From assembly GCA_965235115.1 (NCBI GenBank), contig OZ249451.1, positions 16,492,001 to 16,556,000 of the forward strand: 64,000 nt of DNA. The letters are read 5' to 3'. The notes under the pieces were generated by a model. That model saw only the letters and a program-made list of their open reading frames with translations, was not told the origin of the DNA and searched no databases. This document shows, one piece after another, positions 14,401 through 28,000 of the stretch; position 1 is the stretch's first letter, and every line of letters begins with the position of its first letter. Both the position numbers and the translations under genes were made by a program. The stretch comes from Laetmonice hystrix. Lineage: Eukaryota.

Positions 14401-14711
14401 ACTTCGGTGATACAGGGTAAATACAACATATCCTCGCCAGAACGCAGGTTCTTCCTGCTGGAGGACGCTCACCGAGCTACTGACTCGACCGCTGACCGCT
14501 AGGTGGGGCGGCGTCAAAGATTACCGAACGTTGCAAGAGTATGCCAGAAGAAAGTCAGTAGAGAGAGCCGAGTTGCCGAGGAGGTTTTTCTCAGGGAGTT
14601 CTGTGCGGCGGAAGTACCTCGATAAGGTAAGTTCCAAAGTTCACTGTACAGGTACAGTGTATGCCGCTTTAATTGTCACCTTTCAAATCCCAAGAACTGA
14701 GTAAAAGGAAT

Positions 14712-14872
14712 ACGGGGCGGATCCAGGATTTTTCTTCGGGGGGGGGGGGGGGCACAGGGCTACCTGACATGGGCAAGGGTCACTCAGTATGGGGGGACCA
14801 GAACCCTGCTTTTGAAAAATTTGGGGGTACGGCCCGCTGTGCCCCTAAAAACGCAAGAAATATAGACCCACT
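14712..14872 (+). mobile_element. Short non-autonomous interspersed element with a GGGGCGGATCCAGGATTTT terminus and poly-G tract
   Basis: Starts ACGGGGCGGATCCAGGATTTTT followed by a G run, and ends in a degenerate inverted copy (TAGACCCACT). A related terminus occurs at 1831-1851. Confidence 0.5.
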
Positions 14873-15998
14873 CTCGAGAGGATTCGATGGAAGGGAGTGG
14901 GGGATCGATCAGCTTGATTCTCTAAGTATATATTTTGAAACGTTGTGAACACAAAAAATACTTATCCAACACATGTTACCAAACCTTGCGCGTTAATTAG
15001 AACCACTTGTGACGTAACGTCAACACACTCTTGACGTGTTATGTAGCCTAATTATATTGCTAACATCTTCCAAGTGCCTCACATCTCCTAATGTTATTAC
15101 CAGTTCCTCTCGCATCTTAGAGGAAAGAGACTTTAGATATATTCTCCAAACTCTCAGCCAATGCATAGGCTCGAGCAGTGGGTGTGCATTACGTGGCCAA
15201 GTTTTCCTATGTCGAGGGCTGCTTTCTGGCAGAGAGGAGTAAACAAGACGCCCATAGCCCGCCTGCTAAAAACCAACTCCTCGGTGCACCCTGAGAGGGC
15301 TCTCCGCCTACTACATAGAAAAACCCCGCCATTGAACGGAGCTTTTCAGGGCCGACTTGACATTGCATTATGATATCAACTTACCACGGTTAGTTCTGTA
15401 CAGTACGTCGTACAGCGGATATTCATCTGGTATTTATTATATGACGGCTATTGTCATGCACCAAGGCCTTTCACATCTCCAAAGCTGTTTCAATCATTCC
15501 AATTGAATGTGTTTACCTTTGTGTATTTAGCAACAAGGGGTTGGTTTTTGTAAACGGCCTCTGTGTGTGATTATTCATGTGAATGAAGGCAGGTCGGTGG
15601 CTCACGTCAACATTTTTTACATATCGTATCGTAAAAAAAACATTCTGTACAGGTATGAAACATGTTGGTGGCCTTTAAGAAGCTTTTCGTTAAGTACATT
15701 ATCAAGTACATATTCTGAAATACTGCGCCGGTTTGAATTAAGAGGGCATAAATATTGTATGAAAATTTAATGTCAAGGAAAGAGGAACCCATGCATAGCC
15801 ATTTCGTATACGGCAGCACGAGTCGTGGTATATACCAGCGGCCCTTTTTTTTTGAAGGACTCCCCACCCTTTACAAGTTCCGCCGGGGTTTCCATGACAG
15901 TCTTTAAGAGTTTTCTTTCTTGTGGAAGTGGCTTTGTTCTAAAACACATGTTGCAAAGTCTGAGCCTTTAACTTATGACTCATAACGACCTGGTGTCA

Positions 15999-16130
15999 CG
16001 ACAATTGACACCCGGCGACAAATGACTCCCCGAAATTGACTCTGGCGAACTACCTTCCACGACAAATCACTCCCGCGACATTTCACTCCCGCGACAAATC
16101 ACTCCCGCGACAAATCACTCCTGCGACATA
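15999..16130. repeat. 16-bp minisatellite, consensus CGACAAATCACTCCCG
   Basis: Four near-perfect units at 16060-16123, preceded by more degenerate copies from 15999. Confidence 0.85.
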
Positions 16131-17110
16131 TCGGTACACTAATTCTGCGCAACCATAACTTGGTGCACGGATATATATGCGCACAAGACAAATGCTCACA
16201 AGACTATAATTATGACTAGGAGGAACACTGTGTGGGTGCATGTTTGTCTGATGGGACTCTTTTACGTCATTGTATATCTTATTGACCTTCCTTGGTAACT
16301 TTCCTTTTCGTTCCTTGTAAAACCTCGAAACGGTATTACAAAATGGCAACATTTTCTCCGTGTATTGGATATGATTTAAAAAGGTAGCAGCGTTTAATTC
16401 TGTTACGCGCAGTCGTAACTCTTTGAACCTATAGTTTCTCCATAATCGATGTAGGAATTTATTGCCCGTTCACCCAACTGTGACAATTGTCGCACATGCC
16501 CTACTCCTCCGCTAACCGACACCTCACAAACATGACTGTGGTTCAAATGGCGCGTCTGTAAATGATGTTCAGTTTGCTAACAAGTCGCCTACAGGCCAAG
16601 GTGATGTCCCGTTTTTTATGACAGGCAACCTCAGCTCCCGTGCCAGTAAACGTCCAGCGGAATGCCAGCTGCTTTCGTTAAATACCTGTACTCGAGGCAA
16701 CGCCCTTGCTCCCAACGTGACTGTAAAAAAATAAGGGGGCAGACTACGGACATAGGCTCTACGCCGACGTAGGAAAACGAGTAATTGGCTGTTTTTGAGA
16801 ACTGTTTAAAATTAGTGGTACCTGGACAGGTATTTGAAAGATGATTCAGCCAGGTGGCCATCTTACACACAACTCTGTAGGAGTGTAGTCTATTCTATCT
16901 CCATTTGTGACATTTTCTAGTATTTCTTGAATAAGCATCGATGCCGATTTTATAAGGGAACCTATGATAATGTGTTTCTATAATTACCTTAAGGACACAT
17001 GAAGAAATAGGAGTCAGTAACATTCAAAAAAAGAACACATTCCGGGCAGTCTCTATAATATATTATATGATGTTAAAGAACTATAGAAAGAATACGTTTA
17101 GTATACCATA

Positions 17111-19057
17111 TCACTCCGCACTGCAGTGACCAGTGTTCGAAAATACCATTCTCTTAATGAGATCTATGGTCCCGTCTGCACAGACCATTTACTGGTAGGT
17201 GAATACTGAGGAGATGAAGTCCGTGATGTTATATGTCCGTGCCAAGTGGCACTCAACACTGTGATTGATGGGTTTGTAAGTCTGTCCATGTCAGGAAACA
17301 CTACAGGAATCCATACGTTACATAATATCCTTGTGGTCTATGAGTTTCCGGAACCGAGTTCCCCTTTTTTCAGTCAGCATCATGACAGAGTATGCGAGGA
17401 GTATGATGAGGCGCAGGAAGCGTGGTGTTGGACAATTGGTGTGGATGGTTTGTGCAAACGTAAAAAGAGAAGCACTGTACTGGCTGCCCTTGGCTGATCT
17501 AAGCTCTCCCCTCTGTATATGAGACTGCATGTGTGTCCTTCCTGGTACATTCCTATATATACAGGTCCTATATCCCTTGTAGATTATATCCTCCTTCTGG
17601 TTATCTGGGATAGCTATTTCACATATTTGTAACATTCTAAGTGAACATCCAAGGTATCCAAGACCTACATTTACAGTGTGATAAAGCGACCACTTGTCCC
17701 ACTGTGAAAAGTCAGGCCCTCACACATTCCTGCAGTACACTGATTGAACGAACCGACGACGTTTTGCCAGGACGCTGAGCATTGCCCAAATTTCTGCGGC
17801 CTTTGGTCTGCCCAGTCTTGTTTTTACACCCCATTACTCACAGCACACATTATATTGCCCTTACTAGCACTAGTAACCCGGTAACTGCACGTGGTGGCCT
17901 TGCCTAATAATGTGTGCCGTATACTGGCCGGAATACGTTATAATAACGTCAGCATCTGACCCCTAGCCGCTGAGGTCACCATATCATGGAAGGCCATTGG
18001 GAGCAGTCATATTAAAGGAACTACTGGTTACACAGAAGCGACTTAGGTAAACTTTGCCTATAGTATGAAAAATAGTTTCCATCCCACAGCCAGTTTCATT
18101 CATTGTAATTAAGGTGACCGCTTGCCTAATTATGGAAGAACAATCACGTGGTCTTAAAACGGAAAAGGTTGAAACATTGAGCGATAATTGGTGTATTTGA
18201 TACAGCGAGCATGGCTGAGATCAGATGGCAACAATTTTGACCGAGTGCTGGTAGGCGGTGGGGGCGAGGAAAACCTCTGTCATCGACAGAGGGCGACCAC
18301 GTGTTGGGACAGCTGGCCCACTCCAGACAGCCCAGTTATTTTGGGTATTTATGCAGAACATGTCAAAAGGTTATGCTTTGAAGTAGTGACTTGGTCCAGA
18401 CATGCGCACGGACATCTTGAGCTGAGCTAGTTAGATATATCGTCATACACGACCTCGGGGGCCTATATCCTATAGGTTTTAGATTTCTCACGTTCCAGTA
18501 TTTCACTGTCATTTACCTGCGGGTTTCCTCCTAATTCTGAAAGTAAGTTCCAAACTTCAAAATCATAACCACTCGGAAATGGCAAAAAAAAAGAATTGCA
18601 AAGTGGGTCTGGGATTTGACCTTCACAGAGCAAAGGCGATCTGGGGAAAAAGGGAGTCAGATGGTATGGGTGTGGGCAAGACTTGGTAAGTGTTGGCGGC
18701 TAGGGCAGAACTGATCACACGGATATGTGGGGGTTCGGCCTATGTTTTAGGAGGTAATCATCTGTTTAAATGTAGCACTAGGGGGTCTGCACATGAGGCA
18801 AGCGCACTGCCTGACATACGACTCTGTGAAGGTAGGGTATTCTGGGGAGGCCTGGGATCGCTGTAGGTAAGTGGAACCTGAAGAGTTTGCTTCGCTTCCT
18901 ACTTTGATCGATGGCCGTTTAAAATGTTTGTAGGCCACTTGAGTGAACTGTCAGGAACAGTGCTAGAGGTAAATACAATAGAATTCCCACGTTGCTTCTT
19001 TTTTAATCTACCACATATCCTTCCGCTGCAAGGAGGCCCTCAGCGTCGTGCACATAT
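17111..19057 (-). pseudogene. Possible decayed or compact spliced gene of unknown identity
   Basis: Candidate exon 19012-19057 (YVHDAEGLLAAEGYV) joins 18947 onward (FTQVAYKHFKRPSIKVG) in phase across a 64-nt GT-AG intron. Frame 17635-17111 reads as protein-like sequence with three internal stops. No family recognised. Confidence 0.25.
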
Positions 19058-22000
19058 CTGGTAAAAAAAGATTATATTTGAGAAAGAGATAAAAATGCCT
19101 GCGGTGGAAGGAAATTCTGAGAATGACGGATATAGTCGGGCATTGTCATACTGCATGAAGGCTCACCAACGTATCTTCGTATACTAATGCAGACTTATAC
19201 ATAGAACATAGACATTGTATTGAACATCTAGACAAACATATTCTACAGCATCTGATAGAAGAAATGTTGATATTTGACCTGGTCTCCCTGGTATGAGTGA
19301 AGGTCGTGTGTTACAGCAGTTACCGCAGTGTCAGCAGAAGAAAGATAAACAACTTAACCGTACCAGCTGACCGGATTCACGATTCATTTTTTATGATTGA
19401 CGGTTTTCTGATTGAGATCTTATCAAAGGCTGCTGTTTCAATATCGGAGTCCACCTGGTCCCTGAAACGTATACACGTAAAGCCTCGAGGTTATCGGTTA
19501 GTATATAGCCACAGGCAAAAGATCTGATAAGTTGATATCCCTTATTGTTTGTTCATTTGTGTTATTGACAGCAATGTCCCAAAGCTCACCTCTGGGCAAA
19601 CAGCATACTGCTGATCATGATGGCATATCATATGCCCACATGTATGCTATTGCTCATTGATCAGTCTAAAAGTCATCGTCCCTTTTTGGCGATGGCTTTA
19701 TCAGGAATTCGGTTTAAAGTTAGGTTTGGCTGCATGTAGTAGGTGTCGCCCACCAAATATGAAATTCTCAAAGAGTTAACCGTGAGCAGTAGTATACGGG
19801 GAGTGAACTTTACCAACGCAGCAAGGGTTCGAGTTCCTGGGTCTGACCTTGTGGTGTCTTGTCATTTATAACGTGCTCTCTCTGTTTGCCACAGGGGGCG
19901 CTCCACAGGCCATTATTCCTCAGACATGCGCAGTCTTTACTACACTAACTTGGTAGAGTCACAGTGGCAGCCACGAATTATTACTTTGAGATCGAAACTA
20001 TCACCAATAATGCCAGAAATAATTCGTTCAACAAAACAGAGCAAATTCGCCCTTGAATGAATATCATTCATAAATCATAAAGCACGTCATGATAAGAATC
20101 AAAATTGTAAATAAATAAAATGACATTCATGTTGATTTTCCCGCATCTGCTGACAGTATCATACAATATAGTATAGTTAGTCGAGTGATTGGTGATTGGA
20201 ATTGGTCCTGGTCTGGATACTGACAGCAATCAGAGGGCAAAGGACCTAGCATGCCAAACTCTGTCTGCTGAACACTAGCTCCTCTCCGAGCCCCACCGCA
20301 ACTATATACCAGCGGATGTATAACATCTTCATGAAGAATGTTTACAACTCGACAGATCCAGGTATGATAATCGTACCAGTAACGGATGGAAATAACATCA
20401 CCTACAAACTACCTGCCATATCGCAAGGTTGATCAGTAAAGTAAACAAACACATCGCTATGACATTACGAGCAAAGGTCATAACCTGATAAGGTTAGGTT
20501 ACATAGAATGGCAGTGATCTTTCGATACGCTAGCCTTTTCCTGGTAGATATCAACATGCTTGTAGGTCAGTGATGCAATAATACAAAGTCTGCCTCTCAA
20601 TTCCCCAATCCGTACGTCGAAGACGTTCGGCCGTGATGGATTGAAAATAAACAAAAATTGCAATACTACATAAACATTATGCAGTGAGAAAGAAAACATC
20701 ACTTAAATTTACATGCGTCTATGTAGTTTTTGGAAGTGGACGGCCCGATTTGCTTATACTCGTAAGAAAGAGTACAGGACTAAAAGTTTCAACGAAAACA
20801 TTGGCAGTTCTAAACAGTGGTTCAGAAGACAGGCCCTTCGCATCAATTTGCAAAGTAGGCCGAGTGGCCTTGGACTGCATGTGTGTACCTCGTCAGCTGA
20901 CAGCTCACAAATTGGGGCGACGGGACGCAACGTCATCACATGGTGGCGCACCCTAGCGGCAGTTGGCAGAGAAGAATCTGTACACAAGCCAGGAGAGAGA
21001 GAGTATAATGCAGGGCCTAACTCTGGAAGCGACAGGCAGGCGCCATGTTTAAACATGTTCTTTGGGGAATTTCTAAGTTTCTGAACTTCTAAAGTAGGCC
21101 TATGCATGCTCATGGTGCTGCGGTTTGCTTTGAGATATGAAAATATCAGTCTATTTATAGATCGGTCTACATGACGTTTGTTATCATCGTATAGCAATTT
21201 GCATTGCCATCGTTTTATGCACAGATTGTCCCCACAGGTGTCCAACATTTAGGTGACGCCCTTGCAATTATGATTTAAGATATGCCCATGTCGATGGCCG
21301 ATATGAACGGTGGCATATCGTCTATTTGTCGACATTCGGAAAGGGACGTTTGACCGGCAAAGCTGAATTAAGGGTTATGGGGCCAACGCTGACTAGAATA
21401 TAAAACAGGTGCCAGGGTATACACAGAGCATTTCATCCAGGGTCCTAAAAGCTTCCTCAATCACAGCCAAACGCTTCACCACGGGACCAACCACGCTAGA
21501 AGACATAGACTCATAGCACACTGCACACAAATTATGATGTCGACCTCAGCAACTCTTGTTAACTATTGAGCAAATTTACATATATTTTCACGTGATTCTG
21601 AAGAATGACTGGATATATCTGTCATGGTTGACAGTGATTATAGGCCTACTGGTCGTTTTCAGGATACGTCAAGGCGTGATGGAAACGTGAAGGATGTCTT
21701 TTCTCAGGGATTCTTAAACGTGTGTGCACCTGTAACAACGACCTGTTTATTCAAGAAAAATGAGAGAGAGAGAGAAAAAAAAGGATTGACCTTTAGGCGT
21801 CGCCAACCTGCGCATACCCCCTGGTTACACTGGCTAAACTCTGATCACTTATAATTCTTTCTTGACAAAACTAATTTCGGCACTTTAGATGTTTCAGTCA
21901 TGATCGGCGTATTATTGTCGATACGTGTCTCAAGTTTGCATTGCGCCATTGTAGTTTGCAGGATTGAAGGTATCAGATCGTTGACAAGTCATAAAATGTG

Positions 22001-25000
22001 ACCGTGGTCGTATACACGCTCCAACTGTTGTCAAAGGACACAGTATCTAGGTCCGTACAATCTATGACCGACCCTTTCACGGCTATGTTATAGGGATAGG
22101 TTGTATCCACATATTGTGTACATTGTACATATTGTCAGGCTACCGATTGAATGAGTGGTTGCACTATACTACATGCTCACTGATTATTATCCAGTGTCCG
22201 TGTTGCCTCAGGGAACCGTAGTTATTCAGGTACACACAACCCATGTACTGATGTGTGTACACATTTAAGGCCAAACTAGACAATATAATTCGATCCATAC
22301 CAAATCTTTGAGATGATTGGGCCAGATGGTCCACAATTTGACATTTATTTTCTAAAAGAAAATAAGAGCGCTTATGTACCTCCGAAATTTACCGATTATA
22401 ACCAGTCGGGGCAGCCAATTGTTTGGAAAGTGTGGCACGGCGATTGGGAAAGGTTTTAGTGCATCACGTATTTGGCACGACCGATTTACTGATTAGTCTG
22501 GTGTTTCAAATGATGGTCACGTACTGTGTGTGGTTTTAAAATCACCTGTGACTGCATACCTCGCTTGCAGGTTGTCGGTGGAGTAGCTTACAATCTGCGG
22601 TCAAAATTCGCAGATTTGACTGATTAAAGGCAGTAAATTACGTAAAGAGGGTTTCTACGCTCCGTTAATCATTTCACCTTTAACCTTTATGGCGCCGTAA
22701 ACGTCCGACCGTCTCCACCCCCGGTACCGTATGGTCAGCGAAGCGCGCAGCATGACGGGAAAACACGACCCGAGTCTCGGAGCTCTCTGTCCCGAAACTC
22801 TCGTGACCTGGAGAATGTAGGTCGGTCACAATGTGAGGATAACCTGACCACAAGTAAACGGCTCTCTGCGCACCAGAAACTAGACCGACATAATCTCGGC
22901 CGCGTAGACACGCCGGAGAGACGGGAACGAACTACGCAGGATGGGAAACAGCCGCTGTGCTGTGGAGTGCTTGGCTTAAACCGAACATAACCACTTAAAG
23001 TACATTTCGTGTATCAGACAGTTTCGGGCGGAGGAAAACAAGGCAGGGGCTCTTCACTGCTGGTGATGTTGGGCCTGGCAGATGCCCACCAGCCCGCTTA
23101 GTAGTGTCATTTCGAAAGGGTGAAACAGTCCATGACCAAACCGCAGACCGGCATGTAAACATCATATATATGAAGCCTTAACAGCATGTGTTTGGTCTGA
23201 AGGAACTTTTCACCTGCCTTATTCCAAGATTCGCGCCTACTACCTGATCAGAAACCTCACGTATTTCGGATAGACCCTACTGGATTGGAAATTTATGGGA
23301 ACCAATTAATCAGCATTTGCCTGCTGTCGAGTGCTCATTAGAAACATGTGCGGTGCATAACTGGTTCATGGCAAGGAGTTAACCCACAGATCAGTTGTAT
23401 GGAGGCACTCCATCAAATTCACCACACGTGGACTTGAGAACCATTTGCGGATGTCAACTGTTGCGGAGCCAGGAGTGTAATGGGATAACCTGTTCCAGGT
23501 CGAGTGTAAGAACCTGTTAAATACGGAGGCAGTGGAATCCATCGATTAACCCATCACCTGTGAACGGATACGCAAACAAGTGAAATTGTAAGTCTGATCA
23601 ACTTATCGTTAGCATCCTCAATGTACACAAAAACAATCATACTTAGCAATATACGTGCGGGGGTAGTCTCCAGATGTCGGGACATGGGATGAAAGCCAGA
23701 CAGAGCACTCACCAAACAAGACCACAAACTATTCCCACTCTATGGAAACTGCACGCAATACGTAGATTAAAGACGTGTTGTTTGTATTACTGATACTGAG
23801 ACCTGACTGATATGTAAAAATACTAGTATGCAATGTTTAGCATTCCGTGTGGGAATATATTGCAGACTTCGATCTCTTTCCCGATGGCACCTCGAAGGAA
23901 GAACAACGCCAGAACACGAGAGCCGAAGATATGATGTTTTCTTGACGGCCCTATTACAGTGCATGGGCTCTTTCCAAGGTATGGTATTTCACGTACAGGT
24001 TGGAAGCACATGTTGCAACAATCTCGTAGTCAGAAATAGAGGCCGCAACTGGAGAAAAACGCGTTACCATAGTGACACAACCTTGTGGGAGGAGAGCGGA
24101 AGGGAGGGGGTTGTTTTGAAAGTGTACATGCCGTGGTTGCTGCTGGCAATTGTAGACCTAGTTGGGTGTCAAGAGGACGACTGTATTGGTATCTCTAATG
24201 TACAGCGACACGAGGGGGAGGGGGCTATTTTAGATCAAGTTGAAAGGTTTGGCAGTGGAAGGTTGTTGCCGCTGGCGATGGCCATTTTACAGCAGCCAGG
24301 ACGGCCTCAGGTCTGAAACCGACTTCAATCACGTCACAACTATGTCACTGCACCCACAACCTTCGCCAGTAATAAAAACACTGCGGCAGACGTGGTGTGG
24401 ACGTGTCTTAAATGGGACTTTGAATTTTCTTGGACTTCCTCCGAAATGATACATTGGCAGTGAGGTTCACTCCGGAAACTTTATGTGGGAAGAACGTAAA
24501 CCTTCAACGAATTTACCGTAAATGTCTGGCATTATGCAATTATATACAGGGTGGGCCAAAAGTAGGTATACAGTTGTTAAATGCCAAAATAAGCTGTAAA
24601 GTGTATACCTATTTTTGGCCTACCCAGTATAACCCAGAACACAATCGCTGGTCAAGACAATATTGTAATGAGGCTATAGATTCATCAGGTGGCCGCAACC
24701 TTGCTGTCATTGACCAGTGATGCAGAATGTCAGGAGGCAAGGATCTGGACAGACGCCATAATATAGAGAAGAAGACTTGCATACTAAAGTTCAACATCCT
24801 AGATAAATGCAACTTTTTTTCTCTCTCCTTTTACAAAGCATATTTTGACGTCTAACCCACAAGCAAGTCGATCCACTTGTTGCTGATGAATACAGCTAAG
24901 GTCAAACACAACAAACCCTACTTCATTATTATCAGTCGATAGTGCTTCACCACATCTGAATAGACTGCGTATACATGCGTCTAAGAACCTTTACGGTGTC

Positions 25001-28000
25001 AATCCAGCCATCTGTCAGTGTCATGTAATCACAGCAGGGGAGCTATGGGTTTACCTGTCAGAACGCTTGGCGTTTGACCCTTGTTGATTGTGTTGGCGTA
25101 GGGCAGGTCATCTGATTATCCGATCCGTGGTACTGTCTGTGATAGACTGCATCATGGTGCACCACAGAGACGATGAGGGTGGTTTCCCAGCCGAAACCTC
25201 TCAACATTGACATCGTAATCATGGAGTCCGAAAGAAAACTGGTTTAACAACATCATTGGCTACGTAAACTTTCAACATTGATATAAAAAAAACTGTTAGT
25301 ATAATTATGATTACTTTCAAATTCTTTGAAATATTCCCACGTTATAACTCGCCGGTCAGTAATTGTAAAATGCACTCAAAGTCAACCCGGACCTTAAGGT
25401 CATATAAGGCAGCCTCATTACATAGAAACAGTTGGATAGATTACCCAGACCTACATTCTAAACGAGGTTGACCTTCGTAAACAACATATTTAACAGCCGT
25501 TAGTTGTAATAGTGTCCCCTTATAATTAAGTTAACATGCCCGTGCCCATATTATTACTCTAGGACATTGGGTTCAGTTTGGATAACACCAACTTCAAAAG
25601 GTTTATGATAATGTTGTTTCTCTAGCAACGATGACGGATGTGAGGACTGTAACCTCCAAGCGTATACGGCATAGCTTGAACCAACTCTAGTCTCGTTGCT
25701 TGAACAGGGCTCTACACCCGCGGGACTTTACATCGTTCATTCTTTGCTGTAAACCTCCCAGTTCAGGCAGCCAAGGCCGACAGAAGGGGGCGTGGCCAAG
25801 TTCCAATCTTATGCCAGGGATAAACAGGGGTTGTGACTGATGTGTTGATACCGCACGCCAAATAGGTCACTGTGACAATCAAATAAAGCGTGGTGGCCAA
25901 TGTCTTACAGCCACCCTGCGTCAATGAGCGACGTTTTCTCGCTGATGTCTCGCGGCTAACGGGTCACGTGACGCAGTTCCCGTGACACATTGAAAGTCGT
26001 TTGACAGTCTTCTCCTGCGTTTGTTGTTATAGGTATTATGTCGATTAAGAGCCACTTGGCGTTTAATACGGCTATTACATCGATAGGCATTGTGGTTATC
26101 TGTCTCTATTTATCCAAGCTATTTATTGCGACAAAACGAAATCGAGAAAATGATGAAAATCGAGGGGGATAAGTGTTGACATGTTCAGGTTGTTGCGGTC
26201 TTGCGCTGATGGTTTTACCAAAAGTTGTTAGGCAAACTACCCCACTGACTCCCACAGCCCACCATGTGTCCATGTCGAAGCATCTCCCGGGGGCGCCACT
26301 CATGTTGTGGGGCAAAATTGACTTCCTCCGTACAAAGAACAGATCCCTCAAGTCTTACGCCCAACTTGACAAGAGGTGCACGGAAAAAGAAGAGAAAGAA
26401 AGAAAAATGCAGATAGAGGGCTGAAAGGACGTTGCACATCTAGGCCCGCGTATACTGGCACTAAAAATACAGCAGGGTTAGTGGGAGGCACAGAACATCC
26501 ATTTATTTATCTTTGGTTGAGTCATAACAACGGTCGGGTCACCTGTCGAACCTGTACCAGCGCTTGGCTTCGACTTCGTCTGTGCCGGCTGGGCAGCTTA
26601 TAAAATATGGTCTCCAGTGTATTCAGACTTATAGGCGCAACAACCGGATTGTCCTCTAAAAGTGTTCATTTCAGTGAGCATTTCATAGAAGATTGCCCCC
26701 TTTGTTACAGAAATTTCCTGTTTTTTGTTGTCGCATTGTTAGATATTTAGAAGGATGCAAGCAGCTGAGAGAACGCGGTCAACATAACCTGATACTGTGT
26801 CGACTTCTCCGTTCTTCGTTCAACCTTTATTTTTTCTCTTCTTACCCCCATTTTCAAGGTTACCTTTTGAATCCAATGAGAGAGACCGGGATGGGGGTAT
26901 CGTATACATAATTTTGACTCTTAAAATTCCCTCGAAAATACTTTTTCTAAAATTAATGCCGAAGGCAGCTGAGAGTAGGCAATCTCCTCCAGCTGAGTTT
27001 ATTCAATGATTGTTCGATGCACATTTATCACAGCACTTAGTGTATCTTTATGACGAGTGAGAATTGCCCTATAATTACGTGGGAAACCACACGTTTAATC
27101 TCCACTTGGCAAGTTGGTACTTTGATGATAGAGCACTGTAACGGTTGTAACAATAATACTCGGTCTACTAACCTCCCTAAGTGAAACCTCAAAGTCTAAA
27201 CACCTTTCATCCTGTCCTCCTTTTTTCAAACCATCCTACCGCAACTATACCTTACCCGGTTACATATCAAAGGTGTTCGGTGTGGATTTCTTCCCACCTT
27301 CTCTGCAGCTTTATACAGTTTTTTTCTTCTTTCTTGTTGGGAACATCCTTGTCAGTACAAATCAGTACAGTGCTCTACCTGTATAAAATATCCTACAAGG
27401 TTACTTGGAAGAAGAGTGTCATTGTGTGCAGCGCTACCGGTTTTTTATGCCCAGTCTTTTTGGCAAACACACAGGGAAAACATCTCCGCAGCGGGGAGGG
27501 AAGCCCAGCCTAGGAGGCCTGTCCCTGACTGCTGGTTGGAGATGATTGATTAATTAAATGGGGTCAGACGTTGCAAAAAAAATTAATATATCATTATTTT
27601 TGTATTATCAACTGCATACTTGTATGCTTATTTGTGACTAGGACGAGATGTTTAATTTTTCACCTGCCATGGCGTCCTGCAACGATGTCCAGCCCACATG
27701 CCCGAATCGGTTTGTAAAATTAATGTCACGGCACGACCAGCTTCTTTTTGCACAGAAACAAGCAGCAATCGTCAACTCGTTGGTCCAGAACTCGAACATT
27801 GTTATAACATTAGTCACACCAGCTAAAAGCCAGAGGCGACTTAAAGGCACGTTTGTCGCGAAAAGTATTCGGACAAGAGAACGTCATCAACATGCAACGT
27901 CCGTCGACCAGACTGTCTCCGTCTGTTTTTAGATTTCATCGTCGTTGATGAGACGGAGATGGGCGTGAGGATATATAAGGAGCTATGTATGACGATGTAA

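Noticed and set aside
15999-16130. Repeat array as a possible CRISPR
   Set aside because: Units are head-to-tail with no spacers, the context is eukaryotic and there are no cas genes.
19779-19850. tRNA-like segment with a B-box-like GGTTCGAGTTCC
   Set aside because: No cloverleaf or convincing A-box; at most a decayed SINE fragment.
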